Below, piece by piece: positions 24,801 to 38,447 of a stretch of 64,000 nt of DNA. Under the pieces are notes generated by a model. It ran no database searches. It saw only the letters and a program-made list of their open reading frames with translations, and had not been told where the DNA came from. The stretch lies in NCBI GenBank assembly GCA_001643675.2, contig LSRY02000056.1, positions 496,001 to 560,000 on the forward strand, written 5' to 3'. Source of the stretch: Monocercomonoides exilis PA203 (lineage: Eukaryota > Protista > Preaxostyla). A program made the translations under genes and the position numbers. Each line of letters starts with the position of its first letter. Within the stretch, counting starts at the first letter, position 1.

Positions 24801-27800
24801 GGCGAGGTGATGATAAACTGCGAGGCAGACGTTTCAGATATTGCAATTGTGGGATCGTTGGGTGAGGAGCGAAGCGCGTTGATGAGGTTTTGCGCAGTGG
24901 TTGAAGCCAAAGCGGGGAAGACAGAGAAAGGGGAATCTGTTTTTGTGAACGAGAAGGTGAGCGTATTTGGAGGCATGGAAATATGCTGTGAGTTTGGTTC
25001 TGAATGGAGTCAGACCAAGCTTATATGCACACGTGGAGAACGCTTTGAGATTAACGATTGCTCTTTTGTTAGGAGTTCGAGTGATGAGCTTGTTTATTCG
25101 ATTGTTGAGTGTCTGTCGGGGAAATGCGAACTGATAGATTGCTCTATGAAACTTCAAAAATGCAGAGAGTGGGTTGTTTCTTTTGCAGAAGGGAGCCAAA
25201 TGGTTCTGAGCAATGTTTCTATGGCAGATATTGAGTTGCTTGGAAAGAGTGCATTTGCAGTTGTGGCACAGACAAGAGAGGTGGGCAACAATGAAGAAGA
25301 GACAGGAAGTTTAATGATGGAAAAATGCATTTTTAATAAAGTTCATCAGAATGGCGGAACAGAATCGTCTGTTTTGATGAGTGTGGGAAGTGCTGTGGCA
25401 ATTGTATCAGTGTTAAACACGAGTATGAAAGGCTGCGGAAATACAGACAGTGAAAGAGGAGGAGCGATGCTGATTAGGATGAATGAAAGGGTGGAATTTT
25501 CATGTTGTTTTTCGAAGATAACAGAATGCTTCTGCTCAGAAAGTGGGAGAGGAGGAGGGGTGTATCTGGACTGTGAATCAGCAGCTGATGCCTTGCTTCC
25601 ATTTTTGTTTGAGAACGTCACACTTCAAGGAAACAGGGGATATCGAGGGAGGGATGTGTATGTTAAGTGCCAGGATCTGGATCAACAAATTGGGGAGAAG
25701 CAGTTCAAACTCGACTTCCGAGCACCATTTGAAAAGGATCTGGCGATATGGGGTTGCACAAAGGAAAACGATGAAGACGAGGAAGATTTATTGCTTCGGG
25801 TGATGACTTGGCAGAGCGAAACGATTTTTGTGGCAGCAGAGGCAGCAAACAGCTCAGACTCTCAGCAATGTGGCACGACAGATGAGCCCTGCATTTCGCT
25901 GAATATTGGGTTGGCACATATTGTGCCATCTGTGTTCAGCAATCTTCTTGTTGACAAAGAGTGCAAAATAACGGGAGAAGGATCGGCAACAGATGTGACG
26001 ATAAAATCGATGGAACCAGATGGGGAAAGGAGTGTTGTTTTGGTGAACCAAAGTGTTGAAAGAGCAGAAAGCTGTTTGCTGATCTGTTCTTCAAGGGTGA
26101 AGATCGAATATTTGGCATTTGTGATCGGAAGGATGTTTTCGTCAGAGCACCAGAGTTTGATCTGCCTGAAAGATGGAGTGTTGAGTGTTGTTGATATTTC
26201 GTTTGCTGGAGAAGAGAAGTTCGAAGGAGAGGAGGCAATTTCGATGAAGTGTTCGATGGTGAAAGTGAACAAGGGAAAGTTGGTAATGAGTGATTGCAGC
26301 ATATCGTCTCTTGTGATTTGTTCGTCTGTCTTTGTTTCAGACCAGGGCAGTGGGATCAATTTGCGGAATGTGAGTTGTTCGAGCATCGAGTCCATGCAGC
26401 TGATGCGATTGAATGATGTTGAAAAGGTGGCATTGCAGGATATGAACGTGTCAAATTGTATTTTTGATGAATGTTTGGCGGAAATGTGTTGTTGTGCTTC
26501 GTGTGAAGCTGAGAGGATTTCTGTTGCAAAAGTGGAATGCAAGAAAGGGATGATTTCTCTCAAAGCGTCTGAAGCTGGAAGTAAATCGCAAATATCAATA
26601 CGCTTCTGGACGGTGACTGACGTTGAGGTTGACGAAGGATCGTTGATTTCTGTGGACGAGGAGTGGTCTGGAGTTGAAATCGGAGATATGCATGCAACAA
26701 ATGTGATTTTGTCAAATGGGTGTGGAATCGATATTGTTGCAACGGATGTTGAGCTTATGGTGAAGCAAACTTCATTTATGAACGTGAGCAGAACATCAGC
26801 TGGCCCGTGCTTCCTTTCATCTGGAAGGCCTGCTAAGTCAGCAGTGATTGAACTTTGCTCATTCGTTGGCTGTGAATCACCATCTGTTCAAGGAAGTATT
26901 ATCGATGTTTATGAAGCAAAAGAACTCAGGATTGTTTCGTCTGTGTTTGGTGCGAGTGAAATAAAGAAAAATGATTGTGAATCTGGAAACAAAGGAGAAG
27001 AAGTGTGCCAATGGAACGGATCAGTGCTGCAATTCTCCAACTGCTCGTCAGAGATGAAAGACACAACAGTTGCAAACTCCTCGAAAGGAGGTGTGACGAT
27101 CTCTGGAGGATCGATGAAAATGGAAGAAGGGAAGTTTGTTGGAAACAATCCGTTGATCGATAAATACCCATCTGCAAGAAGAAACATGATATGTGAGGGC
27201 TTTGCGGAGCTGAACATTGTGAGTCTGAAGGGAGGGGATGGTTTGGAAAGGAATTCATCGATGTGGATATTGGATAAAGACTGCAAAACGACAGGAATAG
27301 CAGATGAGAGAGACTCACTGCTATTCATTCCAAAGCTTGAAGCGATAGAAACAAAGAAAAATGGAGAGAAGATGCAACTAACGTTCAAAGGATTGCTATT
27401 TCTTCCCTGCAATCTTTCGTTCAGTGTTTGTTCATCTGTTGGTGATGTTGAGATTAAGGATTCGTTTCAGTTTGAGGATGACGATTTCATTTCGGAGAAT
27501 GAAGTGCAAGGAGTGATATCAGAAACGATCATCAATGATGCAGCAGACGATGCTGAGGTTTCTGTTTCAATTCTTTTTGGAAATTCAAGAAATCCAGCGT
27601 CAACCGATTTGTTTATTTTGAAGAACAAGAGCAAAGTTCAGACAGATGGAAATGATAATCTTGCCAAAAGTGGAAAGGATGGAAAATCATCATGGGCATT
27701 GATTGGCTGTATTGTGATAGTTGTCATTCTATTTATATTATTGATAGTATTTGTTGTTCGGTGGAGAAAACAAAAGAGAAGAACAAAAGAATTGGAAGTT

Positions 27801-29015
27801 ATTGTGAATGATACTGTTAGAAAAGATCCAAAGTTGATTGAGATGGCGACAATGGAGATGTCTCCTGAAGAGCAGTGGAGGAGAGCTGAAAGAGAAGCGG
27901 AGAAGAAGAACGAAGAGAAGATAAAGAAAAGGGTGTATGAGAAAAGCTTGGGGCACTCGGAGTCGTCAGAGCATTTGTTGAGTGAAAGTGACTCGACTGA
28001 ATACATTCTGGGAAGAGATTCAGACAAGATCCCAGAATGGATGTTAGAAAAGGTTGAGAAAGAAGAAGAAGAAGAAGTGAGAAAGGGATCACCATCTCCG
28101 TCAATTTCATCCACTTCAACAACTGATTCAGATTCCACATTTGTTCGAGGAGAGGATCTGTGCCCAACCACCTCATCAATGTCGAATCTGGTGGATGCAA
28201 TGGCATGTTCATCGCCTCACGAAAAGCTCATTGTGGATCTGAGGGATTCGATGTTCATGCTGCTTCACGGGAGGAACAAGACAAAGGAGATGGCAATTGG
28301 AACTCTGCAGGAAAGAGAGCAAACAGCTGCTCAGATCCTGTTCTGGGTGGCAAATCTCGCTCTTCACTCCTTCGACGAAATGAACAACCCGCTCCAATCG
28401 TTGGCTAATCTGAGTCCGCACATTGTGCTGTTCTCGGAGCACATGGTCATCTGCATTGCGCTCCACTCCGACTGCTCCTCAGATGATTCTGACTCTTCGT
28501 CCATCTCTTCATCTTCCACTATTGTGACATCCTCCTCTGATTGCTCGTGTACGAATAAGAACTGCAGAGACTCACCTCCACCCTCATCGGCGTTTGAAGA
28601 CGATGACGACAACAGGAAGGAGTGCATGAGATGGAAGGCGCCAGAACTGATGATGAATAAGAATATGGGAGCAACAAAGGAATCTGTTGCCTTCTCCATT
28701 GGGATAATGCTTTGGGAGTGCTTGACGTTGCAGATTCCGTTTGGTGAGTACGAGGCAGAAGTGGCAGGAAAGAAGATTGTTAATGGTGAGAGGCCAGAGA
28801 TGGGGATGGCTGAGGAGTCAACACTGGGAGGGGTTTTGAAGAATTGCATGCTCCAAACGCCTTCAGAGCGTCCATCGTTGGTGATACTGAAGCGAGAGTT
28901 CATTCAGCGGTTTCCAGCAGGTGCGGTTGTGATGACTGTTTCTGATGCAGTGGACATTGATGATGAGACAGGGGACTGTGAAGAGAGCAATTTCAGCAGC
29001 TTGATTGAGCAGTGA
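21877..29015 (+). CDS. Giant type-I membrane receptor-like pseudokinase with Cys-rich/GG-repeat (beta-helix-like) ectodomain
   Basis: Signal-peptide-like exon MLLSLLILVAG at 21877; predicted intron 22152-22216 joins it in frame to the 2265-aa ORF. Repeated GGA(I/L) and DxxxCGxxxxPC motifs. TM segment WALIGCIVIVVILFILLIVFVV-RWRK at about 27690-27770. Kinase C-lobe motifs RWKAPE, FSIGIMLWECLTLQIPF, GERP and ERPS. Confidence 0.85.
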
Positions 29016-32000
29016 GGATCGAGTGGGTGTTGACGGAATTGGAATGGAAACGATTGAATTGCTGCTCAGTCAAGAGAACAGCAACAGAATTGAGTGTGGC
29101 AGAGATGAGAATTTGCTGAATACTTTTTTAATGGCTTTGGAGATGAACAATGATCAAAGTTGATGTTCCAAGCAAGATGAATAGATGAAGATGGAACGAG
29201 TGTGCATGTGTGAGTGTCTGTCTCAAATATGGATGGATACGTGGATTTATAAAACCTTTTTCTACGATTTTCAGTCAACTTGTTTGTGTTAAATTCATAA
29301 TATTAAAATTCCTTCAAGAATTTATTGTTTTTATTTGATAGTTGAAAAAGAGCTGCACTTCGTTTGATTGCCGAGGAGTTTTTTATTTTTGTTTCTCAAA
29401 TGAGAGAAAGTTGACTTTTTTCGTTCACAACAACATTTTCAATTTTATAGATGTTTTCGTTGTCTGTATTCATGTAATTCACATTATTGTGTTTCACTTA
29501 TTTCGTTCAAACATTTTTATTCATCATTTCAACCAACACCTTCGATTTTGTTAATTGTTCCAAATTAATAATGTGCAAGATATTGCATTCACAAATATCA
29601 ATTATTTGATGAAGTTGAATTTATAAGAAAATGAAAAAATTTTTTTCAAGCTTGGCAGGAAAAACAACAAACTTGAATAAATTGTTCAGTTTCTTCAATC
29701 ATGTGCGAAACCATATTTTCATTGAACTCATAATGAGTATGAAATTTTTGTTGTTTTGATCCATAATTTCTCTTGCTTTATTTTCGAAAACAATTGGAGA
29801 ATCTTATCAAAAGATAAAAAATTATTCATAAAAATGAGCACAAAAAGAACAACTGCCTTTTTTAATACAAATTCACAAAATAAGAAATCGAATTGCTAAG
29901 AAATATTCTAAGTCATCAAATTTTTCTTTTTCATAAACCACAACAAATCATCATCAGATATCATCTACAAAATCGAAGCCCAAGAGTCTCCATATTTTTT
30001 TCTTTCGTTTTTTTAATAAAAATAAATAGTGCATTATATCAATGTTATGCAATTGTTGTGAATGAAATAAGGGTTTGATTTTTTTTGAAATGAAAAATTG
30101 TTTTTTTTTTTCTTATTCTTTCTTTTTTTTTTGAGGGGATATTTACCTTTTCTTTTTCATCAACATGATCATTATCAGAAGATACTTCAGATGATATATC
30201 TTCTGTTTCAGTTTCACTCCAATCATCAAATCCTTCGGATTTTTCGGATTCATCTTTGCAGAATTTGATTGGAGTACATATTTTCAGTTTTTAACATCTT
30301 TATGAAAAATTAAGCACTTTTGTCTTTCGATAATTCAATTGATTATCGTTTTGAAAAAGAATATTTTTCAAAAAAATATTTGATAGACGTGAAGAAATAA
30401 CTGATTTTCATGCTTTTTTTGGACAAATCAAAAAATTTATTGTTTCACTCATTTATTTCAGAAATTTCCTCAGTTATCATAATTAATTGGTTTTTCATAT
30501 CTGTTAACATGCTTCATTTCGTAGCAGCATTATTTTGTGCAACATAATTTGAATATGAAAAAATGAACACGTTATGTTCAAAAAAACTGTTTTCAAAAGA
30601 TACATCCAAAGTACATAATTATTCAATGAAAAAGCTTTGTATTTCTATATTTCCCATTATTACATATGTATATTTACGTTGAATGTATATATTTGTGATT
30701 TCAATTACAATATATTATAAATTGGTGACGAATTATAGCTATTATTTTTTTTTTGAACCACCTTTTATTCCAAAGTTTTTTTCCAAGCCCATCACAATAA
30801 GTCTTGTATACTAATGTGAAAGAATGCTAAAAAATATATAAAATAGCCAGAAAGAATCAAAGTTGCAACATGAAACAAAATTCATAAATCAAAAAAAATT
30901 CTTCCATATTTTCAAATAAAAAATTTCACATTTCTGCTCAAAATTGTGTTTTTGTTTTGTTTTATTAATAACCAGGGAAATTGCATACTATTTTGAATAT
31001 AAAAAATGTTGTATTTAGGGCATTATTAATAAATGCAAAAAAAATAATTCAATGAAATTTATGAAAAACTGTTTAAATTTTTAATTGTTTATTTATTTAT
31101 TTTTATTAGACCTATTTTCGTTCGTTTAAATCATTTGGTTTCAGCTTAAGCGAAGCCACAAAGTTGAACAAAATTTTAACAAGTGCTTATCCCTTTAAAA
31201 AATATTGAGTCATTGGGAATTGATTTTCTTCTGGGTTTATGATCATTGTTTTTGACAGTTTTTTCTTTTCAAATTTTTTATAAATTTTGCAAAATTTTTT
31301 TCATTCCAAGAATATTTGAATCATTGTTATTTCGATTTAGCTGAAAAATGCGAAATATACATGAATAAATTTTCGAAAAATTCAAAACCAATCATTAATA
31401 ATTGTTCAAACAATTAAAACGTTAAATAGTTGGCTGAATCTCATTCTTTTGATTTTTCTTAACTGAATTGAAGTTTCACAATGGAATGATTACAACAGAT
31501 AAAATAAATAAAAATCAAGATAATAAAGCCAAAAAAATTCATTTGAATAATATAAATGCGCTGTATCATTCAAAATTTTGCTTTTTCCATAAGTATTTTG
31601 TTTTTATTGAACAGAAATAACAAACAAAAACTGCTTGTCATAGAAAAAACAAATCAAAAACCAAAAAAGAATTGTTTGAACATTTTTCATAAGTTAATGA
31701 AAATAATGAAGGAATATGAGTGGACCAAACATTGCTAGTTGTAAAATACAGCACAATATTCGCTGGGCATTGTTAAAAGCGATTAAAACATAAAAACCAA
31801 TTCCAAAAAATCTGGACCTATTTTCATTGATAGATTAAAAACAGATAGAGAATGTATTGAAAATGAAAGAATAAACAGTATACTTAAAAATAGATAAAAA
31901 CATACAATTTGTTCACTAGAGACAGAGCAAACTCAGAAGTTTCATGATCATAGTTGGTATATAACCTTTTTTAAATTGAACAAAAAAATGATTGACTTAA

Positions 32001-33009
32001 TTACAAAATGATTGAGTCATTTGCAATAAGTTGAATAAAATTCAAAATGATCACTTCATTTCGAAATGACAAAATAATTCTCAAATAGGTCTATTTTTAG
32101 AAATCATTGTGAAGTCAGATTTTTTATTGTTGCTATATACATCTGTCTCGAAAAGAAAATATTAACTTGTTGAAATCGAAATCAATTTCGAATGAGTTTA
32201 TATAAGATTGTTTGGGAGACAATATTTGAAATATTGGTTTTTTTTTTTTTGTGAAAAAATGATTTTCCTTCTTCAATTGATGATCACATTTTGTTAGGTA
32301 TTTTTTTATTCAACGAATAGAAATTATTTGTATTTTAAAAATTTTGAGTTGATGAAGATTGATCAACATTTTCATCATTTGAAAGCAAATTGGCATCGAT
32401 GTGCATGGGAGATTATTTTTGTATTATAACTTTTTTCGAAGTGTTTTCTTCAAAGGTTGTTTATCAATAAGAAGAAATATCACATTTCCTTGTTAAAAGT
32501 GTAAAAACTGCCTTATAAACAAATGTTTCAGCTGAAATATAGACGAAGACATCAAAAATAAGCTTTTTCATTTTTCAGTGTTCTTTTGTTGGATTCAATG
32601 AATATTTTTCATTCCTAAATTTTGAATGAAATAAAACAATATTAATGATAATCACTAACATTAACAAATGCCAATGAGAAAACACCAAACAAAAAATAAA
32701 AATAAAATAATGTAAAATAAAGTAAAATAAAATAAAATTCAAAAAAAAAAAAAAAATGGAGTTATTCTTTTCAGATTTATTAAATTTCAAAATAACAACT
32801 AATGCAAAAGAAACAAGAATTTCTTTCATGCTTAAAAATCGATTTTTTCTGAAAAGAATGATAGAGGATTTCTGTCTTAAAATTTGCAATTATTTTTAAC
32901 ACACGCAAGAAAAAAAAAGAAGTGAATAAAACGAAAAACCATAGTTTGTATTTCCAAAAATTTTTTCCATTTATCTATATCATATGAATATGTTCTCAAA
33001 ATTCAAGTT

Positions 33010-34352
33010 TTAGAGCTCCAATGTAAAGTCGTATTCGTCGTCTTCCGATTTCTTTGATTTCTTTTTCGTTTTCTCCTTCTCTTTCGGCTTTTCAGCACTT
33101 CTAATAGTGTCCAGATGTGCTTGTTCAGGTTCATAAACATCCTCATATCTTTTAATTGGATCCCATATTTCATGAACAAAAGCTCTGTATGCTGGCAAGT
33201 CATCACCCACAAAAAAGTTATCAAAAATAGATCCAGCAGTTGGCTGATAAACTTCAATTCCAACATATCTAACTCTCTTAAATGCACTTTTTATCAAACT
33301 ATTTTCCCAATTCGGATTTTTAATTGGTGGTGGTGACCATTCACCTTTGTAAGCAGGGTTTTTAATAATAGGAGGCATCCATGTTCCCTTATATGCTGGA
33401 TTTGGCACAACCGGAGGCTCCCATTCTCCATCCTTTTCGTCATCCCAATCGTCAGGCTTTTTCGCATTAGGAACAGGCAGAACAAGAGGTTGATCCCAGT
33501 TTTTCGGCTTTTCAGCTCGAGGGTCTGGAATTTCAGGAAGGTCGCACCAGTCTTGCGGCTTTGTAGCATTGGGATCAGGAATAAACTCGGGTTCAAATGC
33601 ATCAGGAAAGTCATCATACATCTTCCCTTCACGCACAACGAAATCATCAATTAGAACTTCGTATCCCAAATCAGGATAAATAACAATCGCAAACATATGC
33701 GTTCGCGCATCATGTTTAAGAGATATAGGCTCTCGATGATGATATTCCTTCTTTCCTTTTCGAATAATTAGTTGAACCATATCTGGATGAGTTTTATCTT
33801 GATCTTGTCCAAACATAATATAGTAAGGAGAGGAACCACTAAATGCAGTTTGATTTAATTTGTCTGGTAAAAGTTTAACATAAGATCCTCCAATATATCC
33901 GCTTTGCTCATTTTTAACTGTGTATGAAAATATAAAAGTGCTATTGTATGATGAAATTGTTTTCCCAACATCAGCTGATATTTTATGATATCCACCATCT
34001 GTAGTCGTTTTTAGTCCTTTGCATTTCTCTTTTTGATGGCATTTTCGCGGTATATCATATGTCCATTCTCCTTTTTTCTTTCGATCATTATGTTCTGGAA
34101 TTACCCATCGATCCTCCCAAGAATCTACAAATAATAAATAAATTCACACAAGCATATTATTTAAATATCCATATAGAAGGCATTTGATTGAATAATACAA
34201 TGGACACAAAAAAATTCAAATATTTATAATAGTTCAATTATTTGCAAAATTGGATGAATTCGCCAAAGAATTTTGGACAAACTATCAAACTCTTCTTTCC
34301 AAAAATAGGAGAAATTTTCTAATATCAAAAAAACGACTAATAAAAGGGTCAT
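33010..34352 (-). CDS. Calreticulin-like ER lectin chaperone (divergent), 2 exons
   Basis: Exon 1 MTLLLVVFLILENFSYFWKEEFD (signal peptide) splices to SWEDRWV..GLKTT..FSYTVKNEQ..GGSYVKLL..YYIMFG. P-domain repeats IPDPNATKPQDW, KPDDWDDEKDGEWEPP, NPAYKGEW; VGIEVYQ..GSIFDNF; C-terminus TLEL. Confidence 0.85.
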
Positions 34353-34446
34353 TTTTAAGATAATAAAAAGATCCAAAAATCTGTAATTTGTTTTAAAATA
34401 TTTCTTAAAAAAATCAAATAAAATTACAAATTAATTATAAAATGCA

Positions 34447-37136
34447 TTATATTATATTTTCATTGTCTCCATCGATTCTTATAAATTGAGCCTCGACATC
34501 AATAAGAAATAAATTGTAAATTTGAAAAGCAAGCAGCCTAACTTCATCATTTTTTGAAGTAAATAACCTCTTCACATTTCCTATTTGTCTTATTTCAAAA
34601 GCGTGAAGAGCTTCATTATACGGAAACAATTCGCCATTTTCAAATGAATCATGTTCATAGAAATTGTCATCCTCAGAAAATGGTGAATATTCTTCGTCAT
34701 CATCTGTACCTCTAACAAATTCACTTTGTAATTTTTCACTCGTTTCAATTTCCATTTTTGACTCAATTGCATTTAGACTATCGCCATCGCTCTTTGCAAT
34801 CTCGCCTTTCAATTCTTCTCTCATTTTTTGAGTTACATTTAGAACAGAACTTAAATGCCTTTGATGGAGCCTCTTCTGCTTTAAAAGCCATTGAGCTGCA
34901 TCTTCATTGCCTGCTTTAAGCATCATCAAGATAATCTTCAGAAGTCGTATCTGAAATTTACTGTTTGGAATATAAAGCCCTTCTGTTAAAAGAGCTGCAA
35001 CATGCGCATTAATAAACACAGAAAGTGGAATGATTGATGCTTCCACTAAGACACACAACAAAGTGCACAATTCGTGAATTGTTTGAGTCGTTGAGATTGA
35101 ACGGGGCAATCCATGTTGGCCTGAAGAAGAGGAATTTGAAGAAGGCAATCTTGCAGAAGCTGGAAAAGTTTCTGCAAACGCTAACTTTCGCAGCTCTGAA
35201 GTCAATGTGGATATGCAATCAAAACAAATATGCTTTTTCAATTCAGCTTCAGCATTTGCTTCAAATTGCAAAGATTCATCTTTTTGCTCATTTTTAAAAT
35301 CAGAAGACGATTCTTCCACATCCATTTTTATCTGACTTTCGCTGAGAGATGCTTTTTCCACTTCTTCTTTTTCATCCATCTTCATTGACATCAACACAAT
35401 CACACAATCCTCCAGCCCAATGGCACAAATGCGCTTCAGCCGATATTGGTCTCTTTGAATGTTTGCGAGGAAAAAATCGAATGCTCCATTACAAATTGCA
35501 GCCTATATATATATCATTAAAAGCATATATCAAAGTTATATCAAAAAGAATGAAAAGGGGAAAAATAATTTATCAAAAAATTTGTATTTTCAATTAAGTA
35601 ATTGCAATTAAAGTCTGTAAAATGAAAAGGATATCATAATAAAAATTTAATAAAAAACGAATTATTTTTTTATGAGGGATATTATTTTTTCCATTAACAT
35701 ACCATTTCAACATCCTTATCTTCAGATATTAGCATATCTATAAGAATGAGTCCAACATATGAGTAAGTCACATCAGAATCAATGCATGTTGAAGCTTTCA
35801 TCATTAGTTGAAGCGCTTGCAATTTCAAAAATGGATCCTGGAAGATCAAACAAAAAACGGATGATCGATTAATTAGCAAAGAAAAAAAAGAGATAAAATG
35901 CAAGAAGGCAAATATTCAAAGAATCTATCATAAAACAGTTCAAAAAAGAGTAATAGAAGCAAACTTTTATTTGGTCAGCATTAAAAAATTGGAAAAGAAA
36001 TGAAAGACAGCAAATAACGTCTCCAGAAAGCATATTGTCATTTATCTTCAGCAACTTGCACATCAAAGAATAATAAGGAAATAATTGTTCTGCTATTTGT
36101 CCTCGTTTTTCTGTGTTCTTCGCCTCAGCCTTCTCATCTAGAGAAGAATTCGCTGGTTCAAGCTTCTTTACAGTTAGTGATATTATAAAAAAAATACTTT
36201 TGATCAATTCAATTTCATCTGAAGATGCATTTTCGAAATTTATCGATCCAAGCATTCCAAGTATAAGAGAAAACAATTGGTTGCTATCAAACGCTTCCCA
36301 CATTTCACTAACGTCTATTAATAAATTACCCAATGATAGAAGAGCCTGAAAGGAAAAAGTAATAAAAAAAAATATTTTTTGCAAAAGTACTTCTCAACAA
36401 TTCAAATTTCAAACTGCTGTTTTAACAGGAATGTACCCAGAATCTTTTATTGCCCATAAAATGTCCGTTAATGCACCGCTGTGTGCTATCACTTGACTTT
36501 CTTTCGGAGTCATCCTTCGAACTTAAGTTGACGAAAAAAACTGAAATCGCAATATTAACCGGAAAAAATTGCAAACACATCAAATTCAAAACTCGAAATG
36601 CTTGCTCAAGTAATTCATTATTATTATGATTTTTTAGAAGTGCAACTACATTCAGAACAACTGAAAGATTTATTGGCTCAATGTACTTATCTTAGAACAT
36701 TTTTCTCTCCATATCATAAAGAAAGATTCATACCATTCATAAAAACGCTACGAAGCATTACAATTGATGAGTATATCTCAGAAGGATTTTGCGAAGTTAA
36801 ACTATGACTTATTTCAGAAACAGAGAATAACTTTTCAAATGAGAAAAACATTTCACAATAATTAAAAAATAAATATTAAATCATTTACATTAATAATAAC
36901 ACGTATCAAAAATGATAAACTTTTCCTTCGCACGTGTCTGAATCAGAACTCGTATCACTTACAGTTCTTCGCTTATTTAAAAATCCACTTCTAATATTCT
37001 GTCGAAGCTGTGTTGTTTCATAAAATTGCATGTCATTTGTTGCATTTTCAAATGCAGTATTTTCAAATGAAGAAAAACGTCTTTCAGTTCGCTGATTTTT
37101 GTTCCAAGGGAAATTAATTTTTTCTTCTGTTTTCAT
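34447..37136 (-). CDS. Divergent importin-alpha-like ARM-repeat protein, multi-exon
   Basis: IBB-like N-terminus (TTQLRQNIRSGFLNKRR). ARM-like segments SQVIAHSGALTDIL, QALLSLGNLLID and LSGDVICCLSFL. C-terminal NDEVRLLAFQIYNLF resembles the importin-alpha last repeat. Confidence 0.55.
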
Positions 37137-37238
37137 AAGTTTATTGTGGGTAAAAAAAAATTTCAAAAACAAATATTACAAAAGCAAAATCTTTTATTTT
37201 CCTAATTCAATGAATGCGGAAAAAAAAAAAAAGAAAAA

Positions 37239-38284
37239 TTAGCCAAACGATTCAACTAATTTTTTAATTTTTCTTTCTGCTGTTCTGTTTCGTTTCTTTT
37301 TATCAGTAAACCGTGGAAAGATTTCCTCTCTGGAAAAACCACTTTCAAATCTCATTGATTGCGCTTGCATTTTTGAGTTCGAAGACGGAGCAGAGAAAAC
37401 AGTCGGGAAAGAAGTTTTAACACGATTCCAAGATCGTTTTTGAGAACATTTATCATCAGTTTTTGATGTTTCTAACTGAGATGCTGGCATATTCTGCTCT
37501 AAAATAGCTGGTTGTATTTGAGTTAAGAGTTGACTTGGAGGAATAACGGGAGACGGAATTGGAAATGAATTCAGTGGAAAAAGAGAAGGTGGAAGAAATG
37601 CTGAAGGTGATAATAATGAAGAATGTGAAGGGAATAATTGAACACAAGAAAGTGGTTGATTTGTTGCCTTAAAATCGTTCTGTGTCTTTTGCTCCAATAA
37701 ACTACTATGAGGTGATGATTTAACTTTTGAATTAGCGAGAGGCTGTTGAGTTGTCATCGGTTCCTCCACAAAACAGTCAATTTCTTCTTCAAAGTCATCA
37801 TCTGATTCTACTCCCTCATAAAAAGTGGTCTGTTCATGCTCATCTTCTTCAACCTCATCATCTTCATCTTCCATTATGATACTTCCATGCTCTAATTGAT
37901 CATGAAGTGTGGCAATATCTGTTTGCTTTGAAGATCTTTTTAATTTTTCTGAATAAAACGACACAAATTGAACTATATCATCGCTCGATAGATCTTCCAT
38001 AAACGGTGCATCAATGACACTTGCTTGCCCAGGTGTTTGTTCTGTTATTTTCTGTTCGTTAATGTACCTTGAAATTATATGAAACGATTTATTTAATTTC
38101 TGTTGATTACAAACTTATTTATCTCCTTTACAAGCTCTTCAGGTGAATGAAAATTGTCAGATTTATCATTTTTTTCTGTTTTCATTTCGCTATAAAATTG
38201 TGAGGGCTTCTCGTTCTGATTTATAAATTTAAATTCTATTTGTAATTTTTGTTTTGTAGAAGGCTGCTTTTGTCGGGGGCACAT
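37239..38284 (-). CDS. Hypothetical acidic, Pro/Ser-rich protein, 2 exons
   Basis: 253-aa ORF plus an upstream exon (MCPRQKQPSTK...) separated by a short intron; no domain recognised. Confidence 0.55.
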
Positions 38285-38447
38285 GAACAATCTATAAATA
38301 AATTAAAAATAAATGTATAAAACAATATTTAAACGGAAATATACTTAAAAGGGAAGAATAAGCAAAATTATTTCATTTTGACTGATCAAAAGAAGATAAA
38401 TAAAGGAGCAAGTCGTTTTTTTTTCTGTTTTAAAAAAAAAACCAAAA

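Noticed and set aside
31106-32092. TAGACCTATTT ... AAATAGGTCTA 11-bp inverted match
   Set aside because: Too short and AT-rich, and the match does not extend inward, so it cannot support an element.
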